A stretch of DNA of 64,000 nucleotides from an uncultured Planctomycetota bacterium (GCA_963719315.1 CAVRBU010000002.1:1792001-1856000); one strand, 5' to 3'. Positions 32,825 to 43,952 are shown, numbered from the stretch's first letter. Program-made: numbers and translations. Notes: generated by a model from the letters alone, not told the origin.

Positions 32825-33744
32825 GGACCTATCCCAAAATTCCACATCGCCTTAAGGCGATGAGGGCGAATTGTAGATGAACGAACCCAAGATAGTTAGC
32901 CGCCTTCTTTTCCCAACGGATCAGGAGCCTGCGGGCGCGGTTGGTCCAAGAATGCGCGGCTTCGACAACCCAGCGTCGAGCTTTGTGGCCGGCGCGACAG
33001 CGACGCTGCTCCTCGCCACGGCAGCGGATGTGAGGCACGTACCCGAAACGATTCGCCGTAGCTGTCGACGGTTCGCCAAAGTATCCCTTGTCGAGACACA
33101 GGTGCTGCTTGCGCCGACGGCTGGGTCGTCGAATCGGGATGGAGCGAAGCGTGTCGCGCAGAAGACGTTGGTCGTGAGCATTGGCGCCGTCAATCGCGAC
33201 GCCCAGAGGAACGCCGCGGGCGTCGGTCAAGACCGATCGCTTGACTCCGAGCTTACCTCGATCGGTGGGGTTTTTCCCGGTTTTTTTCCCCTCCCAGCGG
33301 CGACTTAGTTGTCGCGCCGTCCACCGACTGCCAGCGCCAAGCGATGCCGCGCTTCTGATCGTACTTCCCCAGCGCCCGTTTCCAAAACCGTTGCCAAATA
33401 CCCAGGCGAGTCCACTCTTGGAAATAGCGATGAACGGTACTGGGGCTGCCAAATTGTGGCGGCAGCGCCTTCCACTGGCAGCCGGTGCGCAACAGATAAA
33501 GAATGCCGCTGGCAACGGTGCGCAGATTCGCGCGGGGTCGCCCAACCTTCGTGGATCGCGGATACTTCGGCAGCAAGGGTTCAAGCTGCCGCCAAAGCTT
33601 TTCGGGCATCCAAGCAAATTTGCCCTGCCAATCGCAGTGCATGTACACCTCCGTGCAAGCAAAGACGAGATTCGAACGGAAACCATTCCTCACCTTTTCC
33701 TACGCACGGAAATAACACCCGTTCACGTATTTTGGGATAGGTCC
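32825..33744 (-). mobile_element. IS5-family insertion sequence (IS427-like), 920 bp
   Basis: Perfect 16-bp TIR GGACCTATCCCAAAAT; TA on both flanks (reconstructed empty site CTTAAG); two overlapping transposase ORFs. Confidence 0.93.
32829..33693 (-). CDS. IS5 transposase in two frames joined at an A7 tract
   Basis: OrfA: ILYLLRTGCQWKALP, STVHRYFQEW, VDG. OrfB: GKNPTDRGK, DKGY, RWVVE. Overlap contains GGGGAAAAAAACC. Start codon uncertain. Confidence 0.9.
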
Positions 33745-33762
33745 TAAGGCTTTGTCTGGAAA

Positions 33763-33847
33763 GTAGGTACCGCTTGCCGAGCGGGACCTTGGCGTCGTCG
33801 CAAAGATTGATAATTCGCAAAGGTCCCTTCTGGCAGAACGGACCTAC
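33763..33847. repeat. GTAG-type REP doublet
   Basis: GTAGGTACCGCTTGCCGAGCGGGACCTT ... AAGGTCCCTTCTGGCAGAACGGACCTAC. Confidence 0.65.
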
Positions 33848-33909
33848 AAGAACTCTTGAGACAAAGCCTAGTATAGGCATTGCGCGGAAGCATTGCCTAG
33901 CCGAGTCGG

Positions 33910-35920
33910 CTATTCCTCATCCCCTCTGATTCTGGCCAGGACGCTGTAATCTTCCAGCGTCGAGGTATCGCCGATGGATTCCTTGCCGGCGGCGATGTCC
34001 CGGAGCAGCCGGCGCATGATCTTGCCGCTGCGCGTTTTCGGCAGGGCGGCGGTGAAACGGATGTCGTCGGGTTGGGCCAAGGCGCCGATTTCGTGGCGGA
34101 CGTGCTTTTTGAGCTCTTCCCGAAGAGCGTCGTTTGGTTCGCCGCTGCGGAGCGTGACAAAAACGGCCACCGCCTCGCCTTTGAGCTCATCGGGCCGGCC
34201 CACGGCGGCCGCCTCCGCCACATTCGGGTGCGAGACGAGCGCGCTCTCGATTTCAATCGTGCTCAGGCGATGGCCAGAGACGTTGAGCACATCATCAATG
34301 CGGCCCATGATCCAGTAGTAACCGTCGTCGTCGCAGCGGGCATTGTCGCCGGCCAGATATTTGCCGGGAACTTTGCTCCAATAAACTTCCTTGAAGCGAT
34401 CGTCGTCGCCCCAGATGCCGCGGAGCATGCCCGGCCACGGCTGCGTCATCACGAGCCAGCCACCCTGATTCTTTCCGACCGGTTTACCGCCGTGCCCGAC
34501 GATTTCCGGGATGATGCCCGGCAGCGGCTTGGTGCAACTGCCCGGCTTCGTGGCAATCGCGCCGGGCAGGGGGCTCATCATGATCCCGCCCGTCTCGGTC
34601 TGCCACCAAGTATCGACGATCGGGCATCGCTCGCCGCCAACCACGCGGTGGTACCACATCCACGCCTCCGGATTGATCCCTTCGCCGACTGTGCCCAGCA
34701 GTCGCAGGCTGGAGAGGTCGTGGTTCGTTACATGTTGGTCGCCCCATTTGATGAACGCTCGAATCGCCGTGGGCGCGGTGTAAAAAATCGTGACCTTGTA
34801 CTTTTCGACGAGTTGCCAGAAGCGGCTTTCATCCGGATGGTTCGGCGCGCCCTCGTACATCAGAATCGTCGCGCCTGCCGACAGTGGGCCGTAAACGACA
34901 TAGGTGTGGCCGGTGACCCAGCCAATGTCGGCGGTGCACCAGAAGATGTCTTCATCGCGATGGTCAAACACCCACTGGAAGGTTTTCTTGGCGAACAGGT
35001 TGTAGCCGGCGGTGGTGTGTTTGATGCCCTTGGGCTTTCCGGTCGAACCGCTCGTGTAGAGGATGAAGAGCGGCGATTCGCTTTCCAGCGCCGCCGCAGG
35101 GCACTCGGCCGACGCCTTCTGCATCAGCTCATGCCACCAGAAGTCGCGGCCGGATTGCATTTTCACTTCCGGGCCGGCGGTTGTCTGTGTGTCACTCGTC
35201 TTGGTGCCACTGGCTCCGCCGGTGCCCCCGCCGCGCCTCAGCACGATGCACTTCTCGACCGTCGGACTCTTGGCGAGCGCATCGTCCACGGTTTGCTTGA
35301 GCGGCAGCGCTTTGCCGCGCCGCCAACCGAAGTCGGCCGTAATCTGCAACTTCGCAGCGGCGTCGCGATTGCGATCGGCAATCGCCTCGGCTGAAAAGCC
35401 GGCGAAGATCACCGAGTGGATCGCGCCGATCCGCGCAGGCCAGCATCGCGATTGCGAGTTCCGGCACCATCGGCATGTAGATCGACACCCGGTCGCCCGC
35501 TTGGATGTCCAATTGCTTGAGTACGTTCGCAAACTTGCACACCTCGCGGTGCAGCTCCGCGTACGTGAGAGTGCGGGTATCTCCCGGCTCGCCTTCCCAC
35601 AGGATCGCAGTACGCCCCCCAAATCCGGCCGCAATGTTGCGATCGAGGCAATTGTAGGAAACGTTCGTCTTGCCGCCGGCGAACCATTGCGCGAACGGTT
35701 CCTTCCAAATGAGCGCTTCTTTAAACGGCTCGAACCAATGCAACTCGTCTCGCGCCAAATCGGCCCAGAACTTCGGCGGATCGGCCGCGGCCCGGTCCCA
35801 CAACTCCTGGTACTCTTCGAGCGACTTGATGCGAGCCCGCTTGGCAAATTCCTTGGGCGGCGCAAACAGCCTCTTCTCTTTCATCACCGTGTCGATCTGG
35901 TCGTTTGAATTCGCCGTCAT
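33910..35920 (-). CDS. acs: Acetate--CoA ligase, frameshift near 35432
   Basis: [43 protein letters not shown]. Confidence 0.95.
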
Positions 35921-36037
35921 GAAAAGTCCCTTTACCTGATCCGACATGTTGCGCCGTAACAGTCAGCGATTCTACTGCGCGCGGCAGACGTGTCAAATCG
36001 GCACGAGCGGGTGGACGCAGCGAAGAAGTGCCGCAGA

Positions 36038-36853
36038 CTACTTGCGCCGCGAGGCCAAGTGAACTAGTGTCCGAAGTTTGCCGGCGGCTTCGCGAATGGT
36101 GATCTTCGAACTGCCGGCCCGCCGCTCGTGAAACGTGATCGGCACTTCGACGATTGTCGCGCCGGCATTCCGCAGATGCCACAAGAATTCTTCGAGGTAC
36201 GAGTAGCCAGTGGCTTGGACCTGTGCCAAATTAATCATGCGAAGTGCTCTCGCGCGATAGGCACGAAAGGCGCCGCTCGAATCGTGTACCGGCAATCGTA
36301 ACATCAGCCGGCTCAGGCCGTTCATCAAACGGCTTAACGCCCGCCGATGTAGCGGCCATCCTTCGATCGCGCCACCCGCGCAGTATCGCGAACCGATGGC
36401 GACATCTGCCTGAACCGTCGCGCGCACCAATTCGGGCAAATGCCGAGGGTCGTGACTCCAGTCGGCATCCATCGTGACGAACAGGTCGTAAGAGCGATCG
36501 AGCGCCCAACGCGCCCCAGCCAGCGTGGCGGACCCAAGGCCTTGTTTGCCGGGACGATGCAGGCAGTGCAAGCGAGGCTCGCGGGAAGCTCGTTCGTCGC
36601 ACCAACGGCCGGTGCCATCAGGCGAGTCGTCGTCGATCACCAGCACGTCGGCATCAGACAGCACGCGAAGGATTTCGTCAACGAGGGTCGGCAGGTTCTC
36701 GATCTCGTTATAGGTGGCCAGCGCGATAAGCGTGCGAGATGGAATCGATTCTGGATTTTGGATTGTGGTTTTCGGATTGGTTCCCTTTGAATCCGCAATC
36801 CGCAATCCGCAATCCGCAATTCTTCCGTCCGACGCTTTGCCCTCGTCACTCAT
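36038..36853 (-). CDS. Polyprenol monophosphomannose synthase (GT2)
   Basis: ATYNEIENL, IDDDSPDGT, KQGLGSA, MDADWSHDP, GSRY. Confidence 0.9.
   Translation of the reverse strand: MSDEGKASDGRIADCGLRIADSKGTNPKTTIQNPESIPSRTLIALATYNEIENLPTLVDEILRVLSDADVLVIDDDSPDGTGRWCDERASREPRLHCLHRPGKQGLGSATLAGARWALDRSYDLFVTMDADWSHDPRHLPELVRATVQADVAIGSRYCAGGAIEGWPLHRRALSRLMNGLSRLMLRLPVHDSSGAFRAYRARALRMINLAQVQATGYSYLEEFLWHLRNAGATIVEVPITFHERRAGSSKITIREAAGKLRTLVHLASRRK
36752..36820. repeat. Inverted tandem heptamer module (AATCCGC x4) inside the GT2 5' region
   Basis: TGGATTT TGGATTG TGGTTTT CGGATTG, spacer, (AATCCGC)4. Confidence 0.8.
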
Positions 36854-37794
36854 TTGCCGTTTGCGAGGCCTCGGTAGTACTCAACCGTCCGCCGCAGACC
36901 TTCATCGAAGCCTACGATCGGCTCGTAGTTCAGCAGTTTCTTCGCCAGTGAAATATCGGCCAGGCTCTCGCGGACATCGCCGGCCCGGGCCGGTTCGAAA
37001 ACGGGCTCGATGTGTGTGCCCAAGACCTTGTTGATGCCGGCCACGAGTTGCAGCAGGTCGTACGACCCACCGCAGGCGACATTGATCGTGCGGCCGACCG
37101 CGGCTGGTGCTTCGGCCGCCAAAAGGTTTCCACGCACGACATTGTCGATGTACGTGAAATCGCGGGATTGCTTACCGTCGCCGTAAATCGTGGGGCGGCG
37201 GCCGGCGAGCATTTCCGTGATGAATTTCGGAATCACCGCGGCGTATTGGCTCTGGGGATCCTGGCGGGGACCGAACACGTTAAAATAGCGAATCGTGACT
37301 GTTTCCAACCCGTAGGTCGCAGTGAACGCCTGGCAATAATACTCGCCGGCGAGCTTCGCGGCCGCATACGGCGACAAGGGAGCCGGCAACAAATCCTCGC
37401 GTTTGGCCCGTGTAGGTTGGTCACCGTAAGCGCTGCTCGAACCACCGAACACAATTCGCCGCACACCGCTGCGGCGGGCCACGTCCAACAGCGTGACCGT
37501 GCCCGTGACGCACGCCGCGTTCGTATCCAGTGGCGTCGCAACACTTCGCGGAACCGAAGCCAAAGCCGCTTCGTGAAACACGACTTCAACGCCTTCGAGC
37601 GCCCGCTCCACGTCGCGCGGATTGACGAGGTCGCCTTCAATGAATTCGACGTCGCCCTTTTGAATCGCCACATTTTGGCGATGACCGGTGCATAAATTAT
37701 CGAGCACCCGCACGCGATTGCCGCGCTCCAGCAACGCCGTCACAATGTGCGACCCGATAAAGCCCGCGCCGCCGGTTACTAGATATGTTCCCAT
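36850..37794 (-). CDS. NAD-dependent epimerase/dehydratase (UDP-glucose 4-epimerase-like)
   Basis: VTGGAGFIGSH, SSSAYG, YAAAK, RYFNVFGPRQ, GDGKQSRDF. Confidence 0.93.
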   Translation of the reverse strand: MGTYLVTGGAGFIGSHIVTALLERGNRVRVLDNLCTGHRQNVAIQKGDVEFIEGDLVNPRDVERALEGVEVVFHEAALASVPRSVATPLDTNAACVTGTVTLLDVARRSGVRRIVFGGSSSAYGDQPTRAKREDLLPAPLSPYAAAKLAGEYYCQAFTATYGLETVTIRYFNVFGPRQDPQSQYAAVIPKFITEMLAGRRPTIYGDGKQSRDFTYIDNVVRGNLLAAEAPAAVGRTINVACGGSYDLLQLVAGINKVLGTHIEPVFEPARAGDVRESLADISLAKKLLNYEPIVGFDEGLRRTVEYYRGLANGK

Positions 37795-37820
37795 TAAGGA
37801 AAACATACACCGCGGGCCGG

Positions 37821-39431
37821 TCAACCGCTACGCAAACGCGAGAATAAGTTGCGATATTCTTCGCGTCGCACCGGTGATTTAGGCACGGCCGTATCGTCTT
37901 CGACAATTAGGACAGGCTCCTCGATTTCATCGGAAACCTTCGACACTACGGCATCGCTCCAGTGCGGCGTATCGTTGCGCGACCAAGTTGCCTCCGTGTC
38001 CAGCTCTTCTGGGTCTACGGCAGATACAAACGGCTTAGAATCGGAAACCACGGCCAACCGCAACGGCGGCCACTGCGGCGGTTCGTCCGCCCCGGCCATC
38101 GTCGCGATTTCCAAATCGTCATCTTCGGATTCGAGCATCCGGAACGTGGCGCCGGTCGGAGCGCAGGCGACTGATTCACTGACGTCGGTCGTCGAAATAG
38201 CCGCTTGTACGAGCGCAGCAAATTCAGGATCGCGGCGATTCTGCACGCGCGGCACTTCGCGGCGGAACATGTCGTCCCAACTCGCGAAATTATCCAGCAC
38301 GACTTCTTCCTCGTCGAATTCCTCCCCGAACGGGTCGGCCGTCGTGAATTGCACCGCGGTGGTGGCAGCCGAGACGGTCATTTGCTCGTCACTGTTCGTG
38401 ATTTCGTCTTCGTCGCAATCGAGCTCCGTCGGCTCGACAATCAGTGACTCTTCATCCTCCGACTGATCGACGACAAACATGTCGCTGGAAGGCGAGACCG
38501 TGGCGACTGGTTCATCTTCGAGACTTCCGAACTCGACCACCTGCAGCGGCGCGGGAGGCGCGGTCGTCGGAGCCGGCGTTTCCCACGGCGCGGGCAACTG
38601 CTGGATATCGGCCCACGCGGTTTGAATACTCTGCCGGTCAATGCGCGTTCCACGATGCTCGGTAGCTTGGACCAGCGCTCGATCGCAGAGTTGATTCACC
38701 AGTCTCGGAACGCCATCCGTCGCCTCGAAAATCGCCTCCCAGGCATCGTTGCCGAACAGGTTCTCGGGCGCCGCGCCACAAGCGGCCACTTGTGCGCGAA
38801 CGAACTGAGCCGTTTCCTCGCGCCCGAACGGCCCCAAATAACAACGGGCCGACAACCGCTGGCTGAACGATTCCAGGTCCGGGTGTGCGAAACTTTCTTC
38901 GAGCGCCGAAGAGCCGGCCAACACGAGCCGCACTCGCGGCAGCCCGCCGCGGACCAGATTTGTAAGCACGCGCAGTTCGTCGAGCAAAGCAACGGAAAGC
39001 GTCTGCGCTTCATCCACCAACAGCAGCAAGCCGGTCGGACACTCTTCCCGCGAGAGCAGGTGATCGAGCAGACTCAATCGCAAATCGCCTTCGTCGCGCA
39101 CGCGATAAGGCAAGCCGAGCTCGAACAAAATGGCTTGCAGCAGCGCCCGCCGCGTGCAGAGCCGGGCGCAAGCGGGCAGCACGACGTCGAACCGCTCGTG
39201 ATATTGCGAGGCGAGCACTTGCAGCAGCAGCGACTTGCCCGTCCCAGGCCCGCCGATGATCAGTCCCGGTCCGTCGCCGCGCTCGATCGCGCGACCCAGC
39301 CGCTGGCGGGCGTCTTCAATCGACGCCGCCGGAAAGTAGCGGTTGACCTGTGGGTACGTGGGAAACACCCGCTCATCGCGTTCGGCTAATTGCCGCAGCG
39401 AGAGTTCGGTATTCGTCGTTGTGGTAGGCAT
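37821..39431 (-). CDS. ExeA-family AAA ATPase with acidic C-terminal tail
   Basis: GGPGTGKS, LLVDEAQ, LVLAG, TDGVPRLVNQLCDRAL. Confidence 0.88.
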   Translation of the reverse strand: MPTTTTNTELSLRQLAERDERVFPTYPQVNRYFPAASIEDARQRLGRAIERGDGPGLIIGGPGTGKSLLLQVLASQYHERFDVVLPACARLCTRRALLQAILFELGLPYRVRDEGDLRLSLLDHLLSREECPTGLLLLVDEAQTLSVALLDELRVLTNLVRGGLPRVRLVLAGSSALEESFAHPDLESFSQRLSARCYLGPFGREETAQFVRAQVAACGAAPENLFGNDAWEAIFEATDGVPRLVNQLCDRALVQATEHRGTRIDRQSIQTAWADIQQLPAPWETPAPTTAPPAPLQVVEFGSLEDEPVATVSPSSDMFVVDQSEDEESLIVEPTELDCDEDEITNSDEQMTVSAATTAVQFTTADPFGEEFDEEEVVLDNFASWDDMFRREVPRVQNRRDPEFAALVQAAISTTDVSESVACAPTGATFRMLESEDDDLEIATMAGADEPPQWPPLRLAVVSDSKPFVSAVDPEELDTEATWSRNDTPHWSDAVVSKVSDEIEEPVLIVEDDTAVPKSPVRREEYRNLFSRLRSG

Positions 39432-39673
39432 CGGTCGTCGAGTCCGGTGATCTAAGGCGTAGCTGACCCTACAAAACTTCAGATGCCGCCGAATTCTTGC
39501 GAATCCCGCTACGCAACTTGGAGCCATCGTCTTGAATCGGCAGCGGCGCGAAATGACCTTCAGGCTGAAAGTTACGATTGCGATTTGTACGTCATTTAAT
39601 ATTTCGTGCGCCGCATCTCATCTCGGTGCTGGCATGCTAGCCCGGAATGCGGGGGACTGCGTATCATGAGATC

Positions 39674-40336
39674 ATGCTCCGCATCAAAATCTGTGGAATC
39701 ACGAACACGAAAGATGCGCTGGCGGCGAGTCGCGCCGGCGCGGATGCGATCGGTCTCAACTTCTTTTGCGAAAGTAAACGGTTCGTGCAGCCGGAAGTTG
39801 CGCGGGAAATCGCTGCCCAGTTACCCGCCGGCGTTTCGAAAGTGGGTGTTTTCGTTAACCACGACGCGGCTGAGATTGCGGCTATCGTCGATCACGTGGG
39901 ACTCGACAGTGTGCAATTGCACGGCGATGAACGGCCCGAATTACTCGCTCAACTTCCGGATCGAGTACGCATCGTGCGAGCACACCGCTGCGGGCAAGAG
40001 GGCCTCTCGACTCTACCTCGTTTCTTGAGCGAATGTGGTACGGCAGGCCGATCGCCCGACGCGGTACTCGTCGATGCCGACGCGCAAGCGGCTTATGGCG
40101 GCACGGGTCGAATTGCCGACTGGGTGCGGATTGAAGCGGAACGCGAATCACTGGGCGGGCTACCGCTCATTCTCGCCGGCGGTTTGACGCCCGATAACGT
40201 GAACGCGGCGATTGCGGCCGTTCGACCCGACGGCGTCGATGTCGCGAGTGGCGTGGAACGGCGGCCAGGCATTAAGGACCACGAACTCCTGAAGCGATTC
40301 CTGGAAGCCGCTCGGCGCGCGTTCGCTGGCTCTTGA
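39674..40336 (+). CDS. trpF: Phosphoribosylanthranilate isomerase
   Basis: IKICGIT, VGVFVN, VQLHGDE, GGTG, LAGGLTPDNV, VDVASGVE. Confidence 0.95.
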   Translation: MLRIKICGITNTKDALAASRAGADAIGLNFFCESKRFVQPEVAREIAAQLPAGVSKVGVFVNHDAAEIAAIVDHVGLDSVQLHGDERPELLAQLPDRVRIVRAHRCGQEGLSTLPRFLSECGTAGRSPDAVLVDADAQAAYGGTGRIADWVRIEAERESLGGLPLILAGGLTPDNVNAAIAAVRPDGVDVASGVERRPGIKDHELLKRFLEAARRAFAGS

Positions 40337-40477
40337 GCGGGGCCGGCGTCGCATACCGCAACATCGCGAAATGCGGCACAATTGATGCGATGCAATACAC
40401 TCGGCTTGCTCACACTGGCGTGGGCCATTTACAATCAATATCTTCGAGAAATGATGATCTATTTACAGGAGAATGCA

Positions 40478-41830
40478 GTGTCGCAGGTCGCCACGAAATT
40501 GCCGTACAAAGTGCTCGATTGTTCGCCCGCCGAATTCAACCGCCTCGCCGAATGGGGCCGCAAAGAGATCGAGCTCGCCGAGAACGAAATGCCGGGCCTG
40601 ATGGCGCTGCGCGAAAAGCACGGCCGCACCAAGCCGCTCGCCGGCGCCCGCATTGCCGGCTGCTTGCACATGACGATTCAGACCGCGGTGTTGATCGAAA
40701 CGCTCCGCGAACTTGGCGCTGAAGTCACTTGGAGTAGCTGCAACATTTTTTCGACGCAGGATCACGCCGCGTGCGCGATCGCCAAGGTAGGCATCCCCGT
40801 TTACGCCTGGAAGGGCATGTCGAACGAGGAGTTCGATTGGTGCATCGAGCAGACGCTCTTCTTCCCCTCCGGCGAGCCGCTCAATCTCATCCTCGATGAC
40901 GGCGGCGACTTAACCGCGATAGTTCACGACAAGTTTCCGGAATTGATCGAGGGAATTCGCGGTTTGTCGGAAGAGACGACCACAGGCGTGCACAGGCTCT
41001 ACCAGATGCACGAGCGCGGCGATTTGAAGATGCCCGCGATCAATGTGAATGATTCGGTCACTAAGAGCAAATTCGACAACCTGTACGGTTGCCGCGAGTC
41101 GTTGGCCGACGGCCTCAAGCGCGCCACCGATATCATGGTCGCCGGCAAAGTGGTCGTGATCGCCGGCTATGGCGATGTCGGCAAAGGCTGTGCTCAATCG
41201 ATGCGCGGATTCGGCGCCCGCGTCGTCATCACGGAAATCGACCCGATCATCGCGCTGCAAGCAGCAATGGAAGGTTACGAAGTCACCACGATGGAGGACG
41301 CCGTCGAGGAAGGTGATATCTACGTGACGACCACCGGTTGCCGCGACGTGATCACCGGCAAGCACATGTCGCTCATGAAGAACGATGCGATCGTCTGCAA
41401 CATCGGCCACTTCGATCTGGAGATCGATATCTCCTGGCTCGAAGCCGAAGTCAAGGCCGGCCGCGTCAAAAAGCAGAACATCAAGCCGAGCACCGTCGGC
41501 GCCGTGGACAAGTACACGTTCGAGGACGGCCACTCGATCGTCGTGCTGGCAGAAGGCCGGCTCGTGAACCTTGGCTGCGCGACGGGCCATCCCTCGTTCG
41601 TGATGAGCAACTCGTTCACCAACCAGGTGCTCGCGCAACTCGCGCTGTGGAACGAAACGGACAAGTTCGAAATCGGCGTCCACGTGCTCCCCAAGAAGCT
41701 CGACGAGGAAGTCGCCCGGCTGCACCTGGCGAAGCTGGGCGTGAAGCTCACGAAGCTCACCAAGGCCCAAGCCGACTACATCGGCGTGCCGATCGACGGG
41801 CCGTACAAGCCGGAGTATTACCGGTACTAG
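40478..41830 (+). CDS. ahcY: Adenosylhomocysteinase
   Basis: [54 protein letters not shown] ribosome binding site with GTG start. Confidence 0.97.
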   Translation: MSQVATKLPYKVLDCSPAEFNRLAEWGRKEIELAENEMPGLMALREKHGRTKPLAGARIAGCLHMTIQTAVLIETLRELGAEVTWSSCNIFSTQDHAACAIAKVGIPVYAWKGMSNEEFDWCIEQTLFFPSGEPLNLILDDGGDLTAIVHDKFPELIEGIRGLSEETTTGVHRLYQMHERGDLKMPAINVNDSVTKSKFDNLYGCRESLADGLKRATDIMVAGKVVVIAGYGDVGKGCAQSMRGFGARVVITEIDPIIALQAAMEGYEVTTMEDAVEEGDIYVTTTGCRDVITGKHMSLMKNDAIVCNIGHFDLEIDISWLEAEVKAGRVKKQNIKPSTVGAVDKYTFEDGHSIVVLAEGRLVNLGCATGHPSFVMSNSFTNQVLAQLALWNETDKFEIGVHVLPKKLDEEVARLHLAKLGVKLTKLTKAQADYIGVPIDGPYKPEYYRY

Positions 41831-41917
41831 CCGACCACCGAGCGAGGACTCGCATCAGCTTTTTTCGAATCAACATCGCCCACCGATTCGTGGTAACGAC
41901 AACGATTGTTGCCGCCT

Positions 41918-42157
41918 CTATGCGAAAACCTCGTTCTCCATCTCGACGTGCGACACTTTCAAGCCGCCGCGGCGAGCTTCTTCCAACGCGTCATGTACCA
42001 CTTGTTTGAAGTCGCCTTGCCGATGGCAAATCCAAATCGCTGCTTTTCCTCCGCGCATCGTGAAACTAGAATCATCGAACCCAGCTTCGTAGACTCGATC
42101 TGCCAATTCATCAGTAAGTTCGTCGCTATCAAGAATGAGATAGAATTCAGTATTCAT
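41918..42157 (-). CDS. Small acidic protein, putative HicB-like antitoxin without DNA-binding domain
   Basis: 79 aa, overlaps the upstream gene; LADRVYEAGFDD motif. Confidence 0.6.
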   Translation of the reverse strand: MNTEFYLILDSDELTDELADRVYEAGFDDSSFTMRGGKAAIWICHRQGDFKQVVHDALEEARRGGLKVSHVEMENEVFA

Positions 42158-42371
42158 AGCTAGAGGCTCCTGGGCAAGAATCGACTTTCTTGCGAATATC
42201 CCACGCATGTTGTTCTGGGTTCCGAGGTGTTGACCAAACTGATTTCTGACAGTCGTGGTGACCGTGCCCGCAATGAATTCGACAAAACGCATGGCCCTTT
42301 GACATTATAATACGCCATCCGCGCTCCTCGGCATACTTCAAGGCTTCTCGGATGTGCTTGTTCGGATGCAT
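42147..42371 (-). CDS. Small basic HicA-like putative toxin
   Basis: HPNKHIREALKYAEERGW...GH...C..C..SVWSTPRNPEQHA. Confidence 0.6.
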   Translation of the reverse strand: MHPNKHIREALKYAEERGWRIIMSKGHAFCRIHCGHGHHDCQKSVWSTPRNPEQHAWDIRKKVDSCPGASSYEY

Positions 42372-42467
42372 GAAGTAGGTGGAGGTAATCTTCGTTTTGT
42401 GGTTTTCCAAGTATACTCCGTCAATAGGAAGAGCGACAGCGAATTCGGCTGTTGGCCTCTTTGACCC

Positions 42468-43874
42468 ATGCCAGACATTTCAGCCCTTCGCGGCATTCGT
42501 TACGACCTCGGCCACGTTGGCTCGCTGAGTGATGTCGTCGCGCCGCCGTATGACGTGATCGACGCCGAGTTGCAGCAGCAACTGTACGACAAGCACCCGG
42601 CCAACGTCGTGCGGCTGATTCTCAACAAGGACGAACCGGGTGATGATGAGCACAACAACCGCTACACGCGGGCGGCCCGCCAGATGAGATCGTGGCTGCG
42701 CGACGGCGTGCTGTTCACCGAGGCCGACCCCGCGATCTACGTTTATCACCAGGTGTTCCGCGAAGGCGGCGTCGAGCATACGCGGCGCGGGTTCATGAGT
42801 CGCGTGCGACTCCAGCGGTTCGGCGAAGGCAATATCTACCCGCATGAAGAAACTCACGGCGCGGCGAAAGCCGACCGGCTTAAGCTGTGGGGCGCGTGCA
42901 AGGCGAACCTCAGCCAGATCTTCAGCTTGTTTCCGGACCCGAAGAATGAGGTACAAAACATCCTAGAGGCAGCGGTCGCGGGCGTGGCGCCGCTGGAGGC
43001 GACCGATCATCTGGGCGTTGTACATCGCATTTGGCCGGTGACCGATGTGGCCACGATCACCGCGGTCAGCGGCGCGATGGGCGACCGACCCGTGTACATC
43101 GCCGACGGCCATCATCGTTACGAGACCGCGTGCAACCTGCGCGATCAAATTGCCGCCGCAGCGGCAGGCGGCTCGGTCGCCGGCAAACCATCGAGTGTAA
43201 CGGGCGAGCCGCCCATTGCTACGCTGCCTACCGAGCACGCCGCCAATTACGTGCTCATGATGTTCGTTTCGATGAGCGATCCGGGCATGTTGGTGCTCGC
43301 CACGCATCGGCTGTTTCGTGGCCTTCCGCCGATGACCTCCGGTCAGCTACGCGAGCGACTGGGCGACTCCTTCGAGACGGAGCCCGTCGGAAGTGGCCCA
43401 GAACGCGCCCGAACGCTGTGGGAGGAAATCGAGATGGAAGGCGAACAGGCCACTCTTGGCCTGTACACAGCGGCCGACAACCAATGGACACTCGCCCGGC
43501 TGACCGACGCCGGCCGTGAGCGAATGGCCGAAGCGGCCAGTGAGCACTCAGACGATTGGCAGGGCCTGGGCGTGAGCATCCTCCATCGCCTAGTCATGGA
43601 AACACTCCTCGCTCCTCGCTCCTCACTCCCCGCCCCGAAATACGTGCGCGACATTGAGGAGGTCGTGCAGGGATTGAAAGAAGGCGATGCCGCCGGCCGC
43701 GATGCAACGGGCCAGGCCGGCACCGGCGGCCGCTTTGAGTTGGCGGCCCTCGTTATGCCCGCCACGGTCGAACACATCCGAGCCATCTCCAGCCACGGCG
43801 AACGCATGCCGGCCAAAAGCACGTTTTTCTATCCGAAGCTGCTGAGCGGGTTGGTCATCAATCCGCTGGAGTAG
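42468..43874 (+). CDS. DUF1015 family protein
   Basis: APPYDVI, PHEET, IADGHHRYETA, MPAKSTFFYPKLLSGL. Confidence 0.92.
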   Translation: MPDISALRGIRYDLGHVGSLSDVVAPPYDVIDAELQQQLYDKHPANVVRLILNKDEPGDDEHNNRYTRAARQMRSWLRDGVLFTEADPAIYVYHQVFREGGVEHTRRGFMSRVRLQRFGEGNIYPHEETHGAAKADRLKLWGACKANLSQIFSLFPDPKNEVQNILEAAVAGVAPLEATDHLGVVHRIWPVTDVATITAVSGAMGDRPVYIADGHHRYETACNLRDQIAAAAAGGSVAGKPSSVTGEPPIATLPTEHAANYVLMMFVSMSDPGMLVLATHRLFRGLPPMTSGQLRERLGDSFETEPVGSGPERARTLWEEIEMEGEQATLGLYTAADNQWTLARLTDAGRERMAEAASEHSDDWQGLGVSILHRLVMETLLAPRSSLPAPKYVRDIEEVVQGLKEGDAAGRDATGQAGTGGRFELAALVMPATVEHIRAISSHGERMPAKSTFFYPKLLSGLVINPLE

Positions 43875-43944
43875 TCCGTAGTCCGTCGTCCGTTGTGGTA
43901 ATCTCAAACCCATTACCACCAGCAACGGACCACGGACCACGGAC
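43871..43944. repeat. Inverted tandem heptamer module (GTAGTCC type), long hairpin
   Basis: GTAGTCC GTAGTCC GTCGTCC GTTG ... CAACGGACCACGGACCACGGAC, with inner TGGTAAT/ATTACCA. Confidence 0.8.
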
Positions 43945-43952
43945 AGTCTTTC

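Noticed and set aside
40337..40477. SAH or SAM riboswitch upstream of ahcY
   Set aside because: No recognisable conserved riboswitch motif or terminator was seen; an Rfam scan would be needed to exclude it fully.
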